This document shows positions 30,793 to 40,448 of a stretch of 64,000 bases of DNA, one piece after another. The stretch spans positions 96,001 to 160,000 of the forward strand of contig JBFWJC010000006.1 in the NCBI GenBank assembly GCA_050253415.1. Reading direction: 5' to 3'. The notes beneath the pieces are model-generated. The model had not been told where the DNA came from. It saw nothing but the letters and a program-made list of their open reading frames with translations, and made no database searches. The first letter of the stretch is position 1. Every line of letters starts with the position of its first letter. Made by a program: the position numbers and the translations under genes. This stretch comes from Pedobacter sp. (lineage in GTDB: Bacteria > Desulfobacterota > Desulfuromonadia > Desulfuromonadales > Syntrophotaleaceae).

Positions 30793-33186
30793 TCACCTGA
30801 CTGAGTTCGCAGCCGCCTTGTTCCCGATATCCTGCATCTTCCGCTCCACTATCTTTGCTTCCCCAGTTTTGCCAAGTTTGGACAAAACCGCAAGCAACTT
30901 TTCATAAGTTTTAAGACGGCTATCCGGTTTGACATCGTCATCCTGTCCTTCCAATACGTCAACCTGACTGAAATACGCTTCGGCTGCTGCCCACTCGCTA
31001 CGGGCTTCAGCAATCAGCCCGAGTTCCCACAGGTCACCAATTAAATAAGAACTGTCTTTGCCATAAAGGTTCTCGTATATGTGCAACCGAGCCAAATAGT
31101 TTTGCGCCGCCTGCTCCAGATCGCCGGCCTGGCGGTGAATATCCGCAAGAATACCAGATGCATCGCCATACTCTTCACTCTCCGGTCCGAACAAGCTTTT
31201 CAATAACCCAAGCGCTTCGTGGCAACGTGCTTTAGCCTGATCAAAAGTGCCGGCGGACTTGAGGCCTTGCGCATCGGACAATAATGCATAGGCATATTCC
31301 TCACTCTGCTCACCGAACTCCGATCGTGCAAATCCCAAGGCCTTTTCAGCATATAGTCGAGAGCTTTCATAATCACCTTGCCCGGCAAAACTTTCTGAAA
31401 AGTCCTCCAATGCCTGCAAATACGCTCCGCGCCCTTCCTCACCGAGGCCTCGATAAAGCTCTAGGACCGCCTCGAACAAAGGTTTGGTTTCGGCAGTTCG
31501 GTTGAGACTGCCCAAGCTATAAATCATCCACTCCAGCGTATCGGAGCGACCCCAGGCGTCATCGGCAAGATCTTCCTGGACCTTGCGTGCCTGGATAAAT
31601 GTCTCCAGAGCCTTTGCGTAATCTTCTCGATTAAAATAGACACGTCCCAAGTTTTTCAGGGAACGGACGACTTTGAGGTCCTTGTTTGCATAAAGCTGCT
31701 CACCGGTTGCCAATGCCTGTAAGCCATATATTTCGGCATCTTCCCACTGACCCGAAGAGACCATGTATTCGGTGAGGTCATTAAGACTAATGTAGGTTTT
31801 GCTGGAATATCTGCCGAATTTATCGAGGGACAACTGCAGGGCCTGCTTAATAGAAACAAGCGCTCTTTGATCGTTTTGTTGGCGTCTCTGGGCATGATAT
31901 GCCTTATGCAGCCTGGTCCATCGTTCGCTATCGGAAGGTGGCAGATAGTTAGCAATCACGGCAAAAAACCCACCGATCAACAGCCATGCAACCATCAACC
32001 TCAGCATCTTACGACCAGGCACCGAACGTTTTATTTGTTTGCCCTCGCAGACGCCAGCAATCCTTTCATCGGTGTCCAGATGGGCAAAGTTGTGCCTTTT
32101 GCAAAAATTTTCGTCCAGACCATTCATGGCCCTGACTTTTTCAAGGCCTGAGATCAGGTGCCCCCATAAATCCTCATCGGTGCTTTTCACAAACCTGTCC
32201 GCATACAGCTCTGCCTGCAAGCGTGTCTGTTTGTTTTTATACTGGGCAAAGAGCAACATCAGCCCAATAAGCACAATGCCGATCGTCGTGATGGCGAATA
32301 CTTGGGTGTGAATGCAAATAAAAAACAACCATACGCAGGCATCCATGCCATACGAATATCGACGGATTTTCGGTAGAAACGTCGGATCCTGCAGGTGTCC
32401 CAATTCATGGGTCAGCACTGCCTGCAGTTCGCCAGCCTCCAGACCTCGGATCAGATCCGCCCCGACCACAATCTTCTTTTGGGAATAGAGCGCAACAGCG
32501 TTCAGAAGGCCGGGCTTGGCGATTTCAATGGTACAGTCATTCCGTTGCCGGATCGGCGCGCTGGCTGTCACAAATTTCCTGCGGCAGTCCTCCGACAGCT
32601 GGCTTTGATCCATGGAAAGACCGAAGATCCCCACAAGTTTCGGCCATATCAAAAACAGCAGCGTTAGATAGACCAGCAGCATCATGACCAGCATCCCCAC
32701 ATAGACCACGCCACGGGAATGATCGAAAATCGGCACATTAAAGAGGATGATCGGTAGCAGAAAATGCCCGGAGGAAAACCAGCTCAGCCATAAATTGGCC
32801 CGCAAATAGGAGAAAAATGGCGGCGCCTTTGATTCACTCTTTATGAACAGCCATGCCCCCGAAAGCGCGATGGCCATTGCGGTGCCGATTGCCACAATAC
32901 CGATAAACAGATAAACCGGAGCAAAAGGAATAGCTTGGAAGTATTCGTTGAGATTGAAAATACCGAAGAAAAACCCACCCCATACAAGGATGGCGAACAG
33001 CCGTAAAAGGCTGTATTTTCTGGATGGCAGCCAGGTCTTGACCGCCCACCACAGAGGCAGATACAGAACAGGCATCCCAAAAAGGAACAACCCGAGAAAG
33101 GCGCATTTTGCTCCGCTGCCGGAAACATACCAGGAAAAGCGAGGCAAAAATTCCAATCCATAAGCCGAAAGTGCGGTCCAGGTCAT
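30793..33186 (-). CDS. M48-family membrane metallopeptidase fused to TPR repeats
   Basis: Multi-TM N-terminus, NA...HELGH...ELYAD, C-terminal kinesin-light-chain-like TPRs. Confidence 0.7.
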   Translation of the reverse strand: MTWTALSAYGLEFLPRFSWYVSGSGAKCAFLGLFLFGMPVLYLPLWWAVKTWLPSRKYSLLRLFAILVWGGFFFGIFNLNEYFQAIPFAPVYLFIGIVAIGTAMAIALSGAWLFIKSESKAPPFFSYLRANLWLSWFSSGHFLLPIILFNVPIFDHSRGVVYVGMLVMMLLVYLTLLFLIWPKLVGIFGLSMDQSQLSEDCRRKFVTASAPIRQRNDCTIEIAKPGLLNAVALYSQKKIVVGADLIRGLEAGELQAVLTHELGHLQDPTFLPKIRRYSYGMDACVWLFFICIHTQVFAITTIGIVLIGLMLLFAQYKNKQTRLQAELYADRFVKSTDEDLWGHLISGLEKVRAMNGLDENFCKRHNFAHLDTDERIAGVCEGKQIKRSVPGRKMLRLMVAWLLIGGFFAVIANYLPPSDSERWTRLHKAYHAQRRQQNDQRALVSIKQALQLSLDKFGRYSSKTYISLNDLTEYMVSSGQWEDAEIYGLQALATGEQLYANKDLKVVRSLKNLGRVYFNREDYAKALETFIQARKVQEDLADDAWGRSDTLEWMIYSLGSLNRTAETKPLFEAVLELYRGLGEEGRGAYLQALEDFSESFAGQGDYESSRLYAEKALGFARSEFGEQSEEYAYALLSDAQGLKSAGTFDQAKARCHEALGLLKSLFGPESEEYGDASGILADIHRQAGDLEQAAQNYLARLHIYENLYGKDSSYLIGDLWELGLIAEARSEWAAAEAYFSQVDVLEGQDDDVKPDSRLKTYEKLLAVLSKLGKTGEAKIVERKMQDIGNKAAANSVR

Positions 33187-33356
33187 GAGATATCCTTTTT
33201 GGAAACTGGCATTCCGACAACCGGATATTGTCGAAACATCCCAGTTATACTCCAAAAAAGCTCTCACTATTGGATTTTTTTAGTGAGTGCGGAAAATTAT
33301 TTAGGAATTCGTCAAACCATAAACCGTCCCTCCTGCGACCTGAAGGCGCTGTCACT

Positions 33357-34595
33357 CTAAGGCCAGAGCCAAAGCAACACCATGCCGCCGAGCAGGGAAC
33401 CGCCGAATAGCACCGCGATTCGCCTTAGCAGTCGCGGGTTTCCCAGGGTTGCGACCACTCCTGCTTTGAACAGGATATTGGACAAAGCCCCGATCATCAT
33501 CATGCGCCAGCCGGTCTCGACATCCAGGCGATCGGCAGTGATCAATTGTGCAGTGGATAGCGTAATAGCGTCCATGTCGGTTAATCCAGAAAGGGCCGCC
33601 ACCAGATACAGGCCACCATCACCGAAGTGCTGTTTGGCGGCCGCTACTGCCAGCAATACCAGCGCATACAGACCACCAAAAATCACGGCAGCGGCAAGGT
33701 TGGAAGGATCTTTCGGTTCCGGGCCAGCTTCCTGTTTCTGCCTCGTGAGCTTGAAAGCCATGGCAGCGATAAGAGCCATCCATAGCCCCATGACTCCAAA
33801 CTGCGGGCACACCTGCCAGAAGATACCCGGCGCAACCACGACCACCTCAAATGCAACCCGCACAAACACAATCGTTGATGCGACCATGATAACCAGGGCT
33901 GCCAAGGTCGATGAGTCTGGAGCGGTTTTTGACTGGCGGGCATAACTGACAGTCGTCGCTGTACTCGAAATCAGGCCTCCCAGAATGCCGCTCACAACCG
34001 ATCCGGCCCTGGTGCCTATATAGCGGGAGGTCAGATAGCTGGCAATGCTTATCCCGACGATCAGAACCACCATCAGCCAGATCCGAAAGGGATTTAAAAC
34101 CGCATACGGCCCGAAGGACCGATCCGGCAACAACGGCAGCACGACCAAGGCAATGAGTACCATGCGAAACACGGCCTGGATATCGCTGTCACCAATGCGT
34201 TTAACAAAGTGATGCAACGGTTTTTTCCAGTGCAGCAGCAGCGCCACCCCGCCACCGATGGCTGCAGCTTCCGCAATCATCCCCCCCTGTAACAGGGCCC
34301 CGACCGCAAACATGACCAGCGCCGCCATCTCGGTCGTCGGCCCGGGATGAGCCTCCTTGGACCGATCCCGGCGCAGATTGGATACCACCATCAGACCGCC
34401 CAGGGCCACCAGGCCTCCAGCCAGAACCAGGCCGCCGAATCGCGCCGCAAGATGTGCACACGCGGTACCCAGTACGGTGATCAAGGCAAAGGTTCGGATG
34501 CCGGCCGCTTCCGGTTCGGCCCATTCACGTTGCAGCCCCACTAAAAGCCCCAGTCCGAGGGCTATGCCGAATTGTTGCCAGATCTGCAAATCCAT
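33357..34595 (-). CDS. MgtC/SapB family membrane protein with DUF4010
   Basis: LGLLVGLQRE..AGIRTF, TTEMAA, GGLISSTATT, SGLTDMDAI. Confidence 0.88.
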   Translation of the reverse strand: MDLQIWQQFGIALGLGLLVGLQREWAEPEAAGIRTFALITVLGTACAHLAARFGGLVLAGGLVALGGLMVVSNLRRDRSKEAHPGPTTEMAALVMFAVGALLQGGMIAEAAAIGGGVALLLHWKKPLHHFVKRIGDSDIQAVFRMVLIALVVLPLLPDRSFGPYAVLNPFRIWLMVVLIVGISIASYLTSRYIGTRAGSVVSGILGGLISSTATTVSYARQSKTAPDSSTLAALVIMVASTIVFVRVAFEVVVVAPGIFWQVCPQFGVMGLWMALIAAMAFKLTRQKQEAGPEPKDPSNLAAAVIFGGLYALVLLAVAAAKQHFGDGGLYLVAALSGLTDMDAITLSTAQLITADRLDVETGWRMMMIGALSNILFKAGVVATLGNPRLLRRIAVLFGGSLLGGMVLLWLWP

Positions 34596-34913
34596 TGGGA
34601 CTCCATCAACATGCGCAAGAGTTAAAAAATCCCCTATGCTACAATTCTAACGGCGGATAGCGTATTTCATAGCTTTGGTTACCATGTTTAGAACCGGAAG
34701 CGCGTGATTCACGACAAGTGATGAGCAATTGCTGAAAATAGCCACTTAAATCGAATCTGTATTGGCATATACTGGTAATCGGTACGCCAATTCAATCAAC
34801 ACGAGATTATCCTTTAAATACATGGCAACCTTATAATATCCTTATAAATAAATTATCAACGCATAGCTAACGGGTTATTCTCCGAATACCAAAGTTTTAA
34901 TGGAAGGGATTCT

Positions 34914-36335
34914 ATGGCCAGAAAAGTCGACGTGATCGTCATCGGCGCAGGAAGCGCAGGGCTCGCCGCCGTGCGCCAGATAGAAAAGACTACGGACAAC
35001 TACCTGCTCATCGACCACGGCCCCCTCGGTACCACCTGCGCCAGGGTGGGATGCATGCCGTCAAAGGCGTTCATCAAGGTGGCCAAAGACTTTCATGGCG
35101 CCACCAAACTGGCCAAAGCCGGACTGGCGGGCAACGCCCTACCTGCCTGCGATATACCCGCCGTACTCGACCATGTGCGCCGCTTACGCGACCGTTTCTC
35201 CTCAGGCATGATCGAGGCTACCCGCAAACTTGCTGGAGACCATTTAATAGAGGGATCTGCACGCCTGCTCAGTCCGAATCTTGTACTGGTCAACGACGAG
35301 GAAATCGCATGTTCAAGCATTATCCTGGCGACGGGATCAAGACCCACCATACCTGAGGCCTGGCGAGGTTTTACCGATCGGATTCTGACAACCGACACCT
35401 TTTTCGAGCAACAGGATCTGCCCCGCCGTATCGCAATAGTCGGTCTCGGTATAATCGGGTTGGAGCTTGGTCAGGCCTTGTCCAGACTGGGTGTCGAAGT
35501 GACGGGATTCGGCCGCAATCCCCATATCTGCGGTATCCGCGATCCTGAAATCAACCAAGTTGCTCTGGAAACATTGGGTCGGGAGTTCCCCCTCTACGTG
35601 GGCGATGAAGCAAAAATGACTCCCGGAAAAGCATCCATCCGCATCCGCAACGGCTTCCACGAAATCGAGGTAGATGCCGTCATCGCCGCCCTCGGCGTAA
35701 CCCCTAACATGGACAAGCTGGGACTTGAAAATCTCGGCGTCGCTCTGGACGCACGGGGTCTGCCGCCCTACAATCCCTACACCACGCAGATCGGAGACTT
35801 GCCGGTTTTCATTGCGGGCGATGCCAACGGCTGCCTGCCGATTCTGCATGAAGCGCAGGATGAAGGATTTATAGCCGGAAGAAATACTACGGGAACCAAA
35901 GTACAGAAATACCGGCGCCGCACCGGTCTTAAAATCGTCTTTACCGATCCGCAGGTTGCCGCCGTAGGCCGAACCCTGGATAAACTCGAAGACGCCGACA
36001 TTATCGTTGCACGCTCCGATTATTCCGAGCAATCTCGCGCAATCGCCGAAGGACGCAATTCAGGTCTTTTGCACCTCTACGTGGACAAGACCGATGCCCG
36101 CATCCTCGGCGGCGAGATGATCGCCCCCGAAGCCGAACACCTTGCTCAGCTGGTAGCCCTGGCTATCCACCGAGAAATGACGGTGCACGACATGCTGACC
36201 ATGCCCTTTTATCACCCTACCGTTGAAGAAGGATTACGCACCGCATTGCGGGATGCCGCGCAGCAACTGGCTCATATCCATACGATGGAAGAGCTGACCC
36301 TGTGCGAAAGTTGCCCCGAACTGCCACTGTGCTGA
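34914..36335 (+). CDS. Dihydrolipoamide-dehydrogenase-like disulfide oxidoreductase
   Basis: GAGSAG, CARVGCMPSK, HPTVEE; extra CESCPELPLC tail. Confidence 0.85.
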   Translation: MARKVDVIVIGAGSAGLAAVRQIEKTTDNYLLIDHGPLGTTCARVGCMPSKAFIKVAKDFHGATKLAKAGLAGNALPACDIPAVLDHVRRLRDRFSSGMIEATRKLAGDHLIEGSARLLSPNLVLVNDEEIACSSIILATGSRPTIPEAWRGFTDRILTTDTFFEQQDLPRRIAIVGLGIIGLELGQALSRLGVEVTGFGRNPHICGIRDPEINQVALETLGREFPLYVGDEAKMTPGKASIRIRNGFHEIEVDAVIAALGVTPNMDKLGLENLGVALDARGLPPYNPYTTQIGDLPVFIAGDANGCLPILHEAQDEGFIAGRNTTGTKVQKYRRRTGLKIVFTDPQVAAVGRTLDKLEDADIIVARSDYSEQSRAIAEGRNSGLLHLYVDKTDARILGGEMIAPEAEHLAQLVALAIHREMTVHDMLTMPFYHPTVEEGLRTALRDAAQQLAHIHTMEELTLCESCPELPLC

Positions 36336-36478
36336 CTTTTCAGGGAATATACAAATTGAGCTTACCGGGATGATCAGGACATTATAAAAGTCGGACTTGT
36401 GGGTGTGACTGTTTGGAGGTATAATGCTTACCAACTTGGTAATATTTTTATTAAACCATCAAATACAGGAGAGCCCCT

Positions 36479-36706
36479 ATGTTCTCTAACTATAAATGCG
36501 GTAAATGCGGAGTCGTCACGGACAACAAAAACCACTTATGCAAACCCGAACCGGTGGAAAATAAATCTGAATTTTGCGGATCCGGACCGGACCGCGACAG
36601 CCAGATCTGCGAATCGATGGCCCAGCATCTGAGTTTCCAATGCTCTACCTGCGGGCGCCCGGCGGACAAACCGGAACTGGTCTGCAAGCCGGTTTCCATT
36701 CGCTAA
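36479..36706 (+). CDS. 75-aa Cys-rich protein
   Basis: Two CxxCG-x9-CKP repeats; AGGAG RBS. Confidence 0.7.
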   Translation: MFSNYKCGKCGVVTDNKNHLCKPEPVENKSEFCGSGPDRDSQICESMAQHLSFQCSTCGRPADKPELVCKPVSIR

Positions 36707-36721
36707 GAAACATAAAAAAGC

Positions 36722-36754
36722 GGCCGTCCGGTTGGATGCCCCGGACGGCCCTTT
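36722..36754. terminator. Hairpin terminator between convergent genes
   Basis: GGCCGTCCGG/CCGGACGGCC. Confidence 0.7.
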
Positions 36755-36765
36755 GCATATCGAAA

Positions 36766-37407
36766 CTAACAGGCAAAATCATAAGGATGATGAGGATTAC
36801 AGGACGGCCAGCACCACACCGAGCGCCCCTGTGACCATTTCCATGCCGCCAAAGCACAGGCACAAGCGGCAACATAATGATCGGAAGGATCCTGTCGCGC
36901 TATCCCTTTTAAGCCCTCCTCAACCAACCACTCAAGCAACACCTGTCGTGAGTCTTTCTCGGTTTTAAAAGCCTTAACAGCCTCCAAAGAGGCGCCACCA
37001 AGCGCCATAGCACCGCCGGGATGCACCTCTACCACTCTGACCAGCACACTACCAACTTCGGCGATTATCCGGGCAACCCCCATGCCCCTCAGGGTCAGGT
37101 ACGCCATTTTGGTCATGGTTGGCGTCATGACGCTGCCAGGATGCAAGCCCGCTTTTACAACCATCTGGCGCAGATCCTTATCCGAGGGGCGGTCGCCACC
37201 TCCCGGATTGTAGGATAGCGGCGCATCCAAGCCAATGGAAACGGCTTCGGATGAAGCCAGCGTTGTAAGAATCGCGACGATATCCTCATCTGTGGCGCCG
37301 GACACGCAATCGACCAGATGCAGAGCCCCACCCTGTTCCTCAAATACCACGCAGTCCGTGTCGGCCGTGTTACTCGGACCCGACAGATCAATACCGATAA
37401 TTTTCAT
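36766..37407 (-). CDS. DUF429 family protein
   Basis: MKIIGIDLSG, GLDAPL, R..D, VEVHP. Confidence 0.8.
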   Translation of the reverse strand: MKIIGIDLSGPSNTADTDCVVFEEQGGALHLVDCVSGATDEDIVAILTTLASSEAVSIGLDAPLSYNPGGGDRPSDKDLRQMVVKAGLHPGSVMTPTMTKMAYLTLRGMGVARIIAEVGSVLVRVVEVHPGGAMALGGASLEAVKAFKTEKDSRQVLLEWLVEEGLKGIARQDPSDHYVAACACALAAWKWSQGRSVWCWPSCNPHHPYDFAC

Positions 37408-37434
37408 AGAACCCGACAGGAAGAGAGAGGGCAT

Positions 37435-38247
37435 TTAGCCGATATGCGCAGCCAGCCAATGGTGCATGGTGGTAAAGAATACTTCCCTTGCATGCCGCTC
37501 GATGGAGGGCTTATGCCCGCAATTTTCAAACTCCCGATATTCCAACTGGGGAATGTACGGCATCAAGCTGTCCCGGATCATTTTCCCGGGATGGGGGTCG
37601 TAATCTCCGTGAAGCATTAAAACGGGGGAATGAATATTTGAGAAAGTTTCAGGATATAATCTCGCCTCCTGACAGCGAAGCATGTCCTGCCAGGTTTCGG
37701 CAAAAGCCTGTCTGTCAAAGGGAGGGTTTTCGGGATTAGGCGGAACCGGCAACAGGTCGTAATTATCCGTCATCTCATGCCATTTCATGATCCGCTCCCC
37801 AAAACTGAGATCCAGATCCCCCGCGTATTCCGGATGTTCGGTTATATAATCGGTAATCCGCTGTTCACGGATACGAACACTGCAGGCCCGCGATGACCTG
37901 TCAAAGGTTCCGCAGCCGACAAGAACGATCGGACCCGTTTTATCAGGATGCTTGGCCGCATACGCAAGGGCCAGCATAGCGCCCCAAGATTCACCGACCA
38001 GCGCAGGCGGGTGTTCGTCGCCAACCCGACGCACCAGTTCGTGCAGATCAGCCACATGTCGCGCCACGCTCAGCGGTTCATCACCACCCGACCCGCGTTG
38101 CCAAGGCTCAATAACCCGGAAACCGTCCGCCAACCCCCTGGCCAGTTCCTCCGCACTGCCGGCGGCGGCAGGCCCACCATGCAGCACGATCACCATCGGG
38201 CCTGCGCTGCCATATCGGCGGATTTTGAGATTACCCAGGATTTCCAT
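37435..38247 (-). CDS. Alpha/beta hydrolase
   Basis: LHGGP, GESWG, HGDYD, CGH. Confidence 0.85.
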   Translation of the reverse strand: MEILGNLKIRRYGSAGPMVIVLHGGPAAAGSAEELARGLADGFRVIEPWQRGSGGDEPLSVARHVADLHELVRRVGDEHPPALVGESWGAMLALAYAAKHPDKTGPIVLVGCGTFDRSSRACSVRIREQRITDYITEHPEYAGDLDLSFGERIMKWHEMTDNYDLLPVPPNPENPPFDRQAFAETWQDMLRCQEARLYPETFSNIHSPVLMLHGDYDPHPGKMIRDSLMPYIPQLEYREFENCGHKPSIERHAREVFFTTMHHWLAAHIG

Positions 38248-38379
38248 AATTCACCGAGGCGGTTCGTTCATCCCTTGTCCTGCCATACTCCCGCGATACA
38301 ATTACAGAACCAAACACTTACAACGAGGCGAGATACAAATCGCCCCGCCAGTTGGTTATAAAGGAGACACCACAAAAAT

Positions 38380-39018
38380 ATGCAACAAAACAGACCGAAT
38401 TTTTCAGCAGCATATTCACCATTTCGCCAACAGTCGCTGAGCCGTTTGGTCTTGCCTCTGCTTCTGGCGGTCCTGCTGCTGATACCATTCTCAGGCAACG
38501 GAGAAATGATCCGCTACCTCGATGAACACGGCACCCCCGTATTCGTCGACGACAGAGATCTATCGCCGGCCGAGCGCCAGGAACTGCGACAAAAAGCGCA
38601 CGCCGCCGAGCAGACCCGGCGGCGTCCCAAAACCACCCCGGTGGAGGTGCATGGCAACATGGTGCTGGTGCCGGTGGAAATCAGCGACGGCTACAATGAG
38701 ATCACCGTCCAATTACTGCTGGACACCGGTGCTTCGCAGACCGTCTTCCATCGCCGTACCATGGAATCCCTGCGCACCAGACCGTTAGCAAAGGGCTGGT
38801 CACGCCTGGCGAGCGGAGAGATGATCGCCACGGAACAGGTCCGCATCAAATCCCTCAAAGTCGGACCATACACTTTGCAAAATCCCAAGGTGTACGTTAT
38901 TGATGTCCAAGATGAGGAAACCCCCTTCGATGGCCTGCTCGGCATGGATTTCCTCAGGGCCCATCACTACCGTATCGACTTTGGCCAGCAGGTTATTCAA
39001 TGGCAGGATGGAGATTGA
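38380..39018 (+). CDS. Retropepsin-like aspartic protease with N-terminal DUF4124-like segment
   Basis: LLDTGAS, DGLLGMDFL. Confidence 0.85.
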   Translation: MQQNRPNFSAAYSPFRQQSLSRLVLPLLLAVLLLIPFSGNGEMIRYLDEHGTPVFVDDRDLSPAERQELRQKAHAAEQTRRRPKTTPVEVHGNMVLVPVEISDGYNEITVQLLLDTGASQTVFHRRTMESLRTRPLAKGWSRLASGEMIATEQVRIKSLKVGPYTLQNPKVYVIDVQDEETPFDGLLGMDFLRAHHYRIDFGQQVIQWQDGD

Positions 39019-39043
39019 GCCATGATTTAAACCTTTTAAAACC

Positions 39044-39135
39044 TTTATCATCCACAGATTTCACGGATTTTCGCAGATTAAACCCAATAATCATGGTTTA
39101 AAAAAAATCTGTGTTCATCTGCGTAATCTGCGGAT
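39044..39135. repeat. Nonamer-unit palindromic repeat (CACAGATTT-like)
   Basis: CACAGATTT-CACGGATTT-TCGCAGATT ... AATCTGTGT-TCATCTGCG-TAATCTGCGG. Confidence 0.8.
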
Positions 39136-39157
39136 AGCATGCCTTTATGTAGTGACC

Positions 39158-39967
39158 TCAGGAAGTCTGACCAAAAACCCGCTTCAATAATTCAGTTGTC
39201 CGTTTCGCGGGGTTTTTGCGGATGGCGGCTTCTTCTTGCGCCAGGTAGTGAAAGATACCGGCCATCCCCTTTTCCACCACATAACCGGTGAGATCCGCCT
39301 TGATCTCCGGAGCGTACGGAATGGCGCTTACTTGCGCTACTGCCTGGTTGTAGACCCGCACCGCGCCGACCTCATTGAGGCTCTGATCGATTACCGGACG
39401 CATGGCAGCCGCCAGTCCGGGCGTCATCTTGCGCTCAAAATAGCGGGTGGCGGCGTCATCCGGTCCTTTGAAAATGGTTTGGACATCCTGGATGCTCATC
39501 TCGCGGATCGCCTGCCAGAAGAGCTCCTTGGCTTTTGGGGTGGCCGTTTCTGCCGCCCGGTTCAGGCGCAGCTCCAGATCATTGAAAAGTCCGCCCAGCC
39601 CGATCTGCCCCAACATGGTCCGGGCAGCGGCCAGCTTGTTGGGAAGAGGGATACGGATAGCAGGATCGGCGTTGAAACCATCTGTTTTCCCCAATTGACC
39701 GACCACGCTCTCGGTCCCGACCCGCAAGGCCTCCTTGAGGCCTGCGTCGATCTCACTGAGAGACAAGGCGCTGCCGGTCTGAGATCCGTTATTGATTTGA
39801 TTGATGACCTGCCCAACCTGCTGCCATTCGGCTTCGGTGCAGGCTCCAAGGCAAAGGGCGAGGACCAGAAGCGCCGTAATATGGAATATGTTCCATCTGC
39901 GAACAGGCTTTTGATGATTTGAATTCACTGGATTCTCCATTGTGTTTGATACGCTCATATTATGCAT
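39158..39967 (-). CDS. DUF4197 family lipoprotein
   Basis: GLKEAL..G, NRAAE, DAATRYF, EEAAIRKNP..RTTELLKRVF; LGAC lipobox. Confidence 0.88.
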   Translation of the reverse strand: MHNMSVSNTMENPVNSNHQKPVRRWNIFHITALLVLALCLGACTEAEWQQVGQVINQINNGSQTGSALSLSEIDAGLKEALRVGTESVVGQLGKTDGFNADPAIRIPLPNKLAAARTMLGQIGLGGLFNDLELRLNRAAETATPKAKELFWQAIREMSIQDVQTIFKGPDDAATRYFERKMTPGLAAAMRPVIDQSLNEVGAVRVYNQAVAQVSAIPYAPEIKADLTGYVVEKGMAGIFHYLAQEEAAIRKNPAKRTTELLKRVFGQTS

Positions 39968-40043
39968 AGGAACAAGCCATTGCGAGATTTTTAAGTAGTT
40001 GTGCTGGACGGGTACCGAAACCCCAAGCTTAAAAAACTACGCA

Positions 40044-40080
40044 TTTATCATCCACAGATTTCCGCAGATTGACCCCAATA
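40044..40080. repeat. Half copy of the nonamer repeat
   Basis: TTTATCATCCACAGATTT identical to 39044-39061. Confidence 0.7.
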
Positions 40081-40085
40081 CCATG

Positions 40086-40448
40086 TCATCCCCCTGCCCG
40101 TTTAACCGTCCAGCCTTGTTTCTTGAGCTCCTCCACCAGCAGAGCGCAGTGATCCCCCTGAATCTCGATCACCCCGTCCTTGACCGTGCCGCCGGAACCG
40201 CAGCGCTGCTTAAGGCGTGTGGCCAGCGCTTTGATACCCGTATCATCAAGAGGCACTCCGGTGATCAGGGTGACCCCCTTCCCCTTGCGCCCCTTGGTCT
40301 GGCGTGAAACCCTCACCACCCCATCCGAGGGTGGCGCCGTTTGCTTCGCGGCGCAGGTGCATTCCTTGATCGGCCGCCCACAGCCGGGACACATGCGTCC
40401 GTGCTCGCTGGAATAAACCAATCCGCCACTATTATTTTTTAATGCCAT
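40086..40448 (-). CDS. yciH: Translation initiation factor SUI1/YciH
   Basis: LVYSSEHG, TKGRKGKGVT, CGSGGTVKDGVIEIQGDH; TAATG coupling with the upstream gene. Confidence 0.92.
   Translation of the reverse strand: MALKNNSGGLVYSSEHGRMCPGCGRPIKECTCAAKQTAPPSDGVVRVSRQTKGRKGKGVTLITGVPLDDTGIKALATRLKQRCGSGGTVKDGVIEIQGDHCALLVEELKKQGWTVKRAGG

Noticed and set aside
36333..36359. Selenocysteine readthrough at Cys-UGA
   Set aside because: No convincing SECIS hairpin after the UGA, and only seven further codons.
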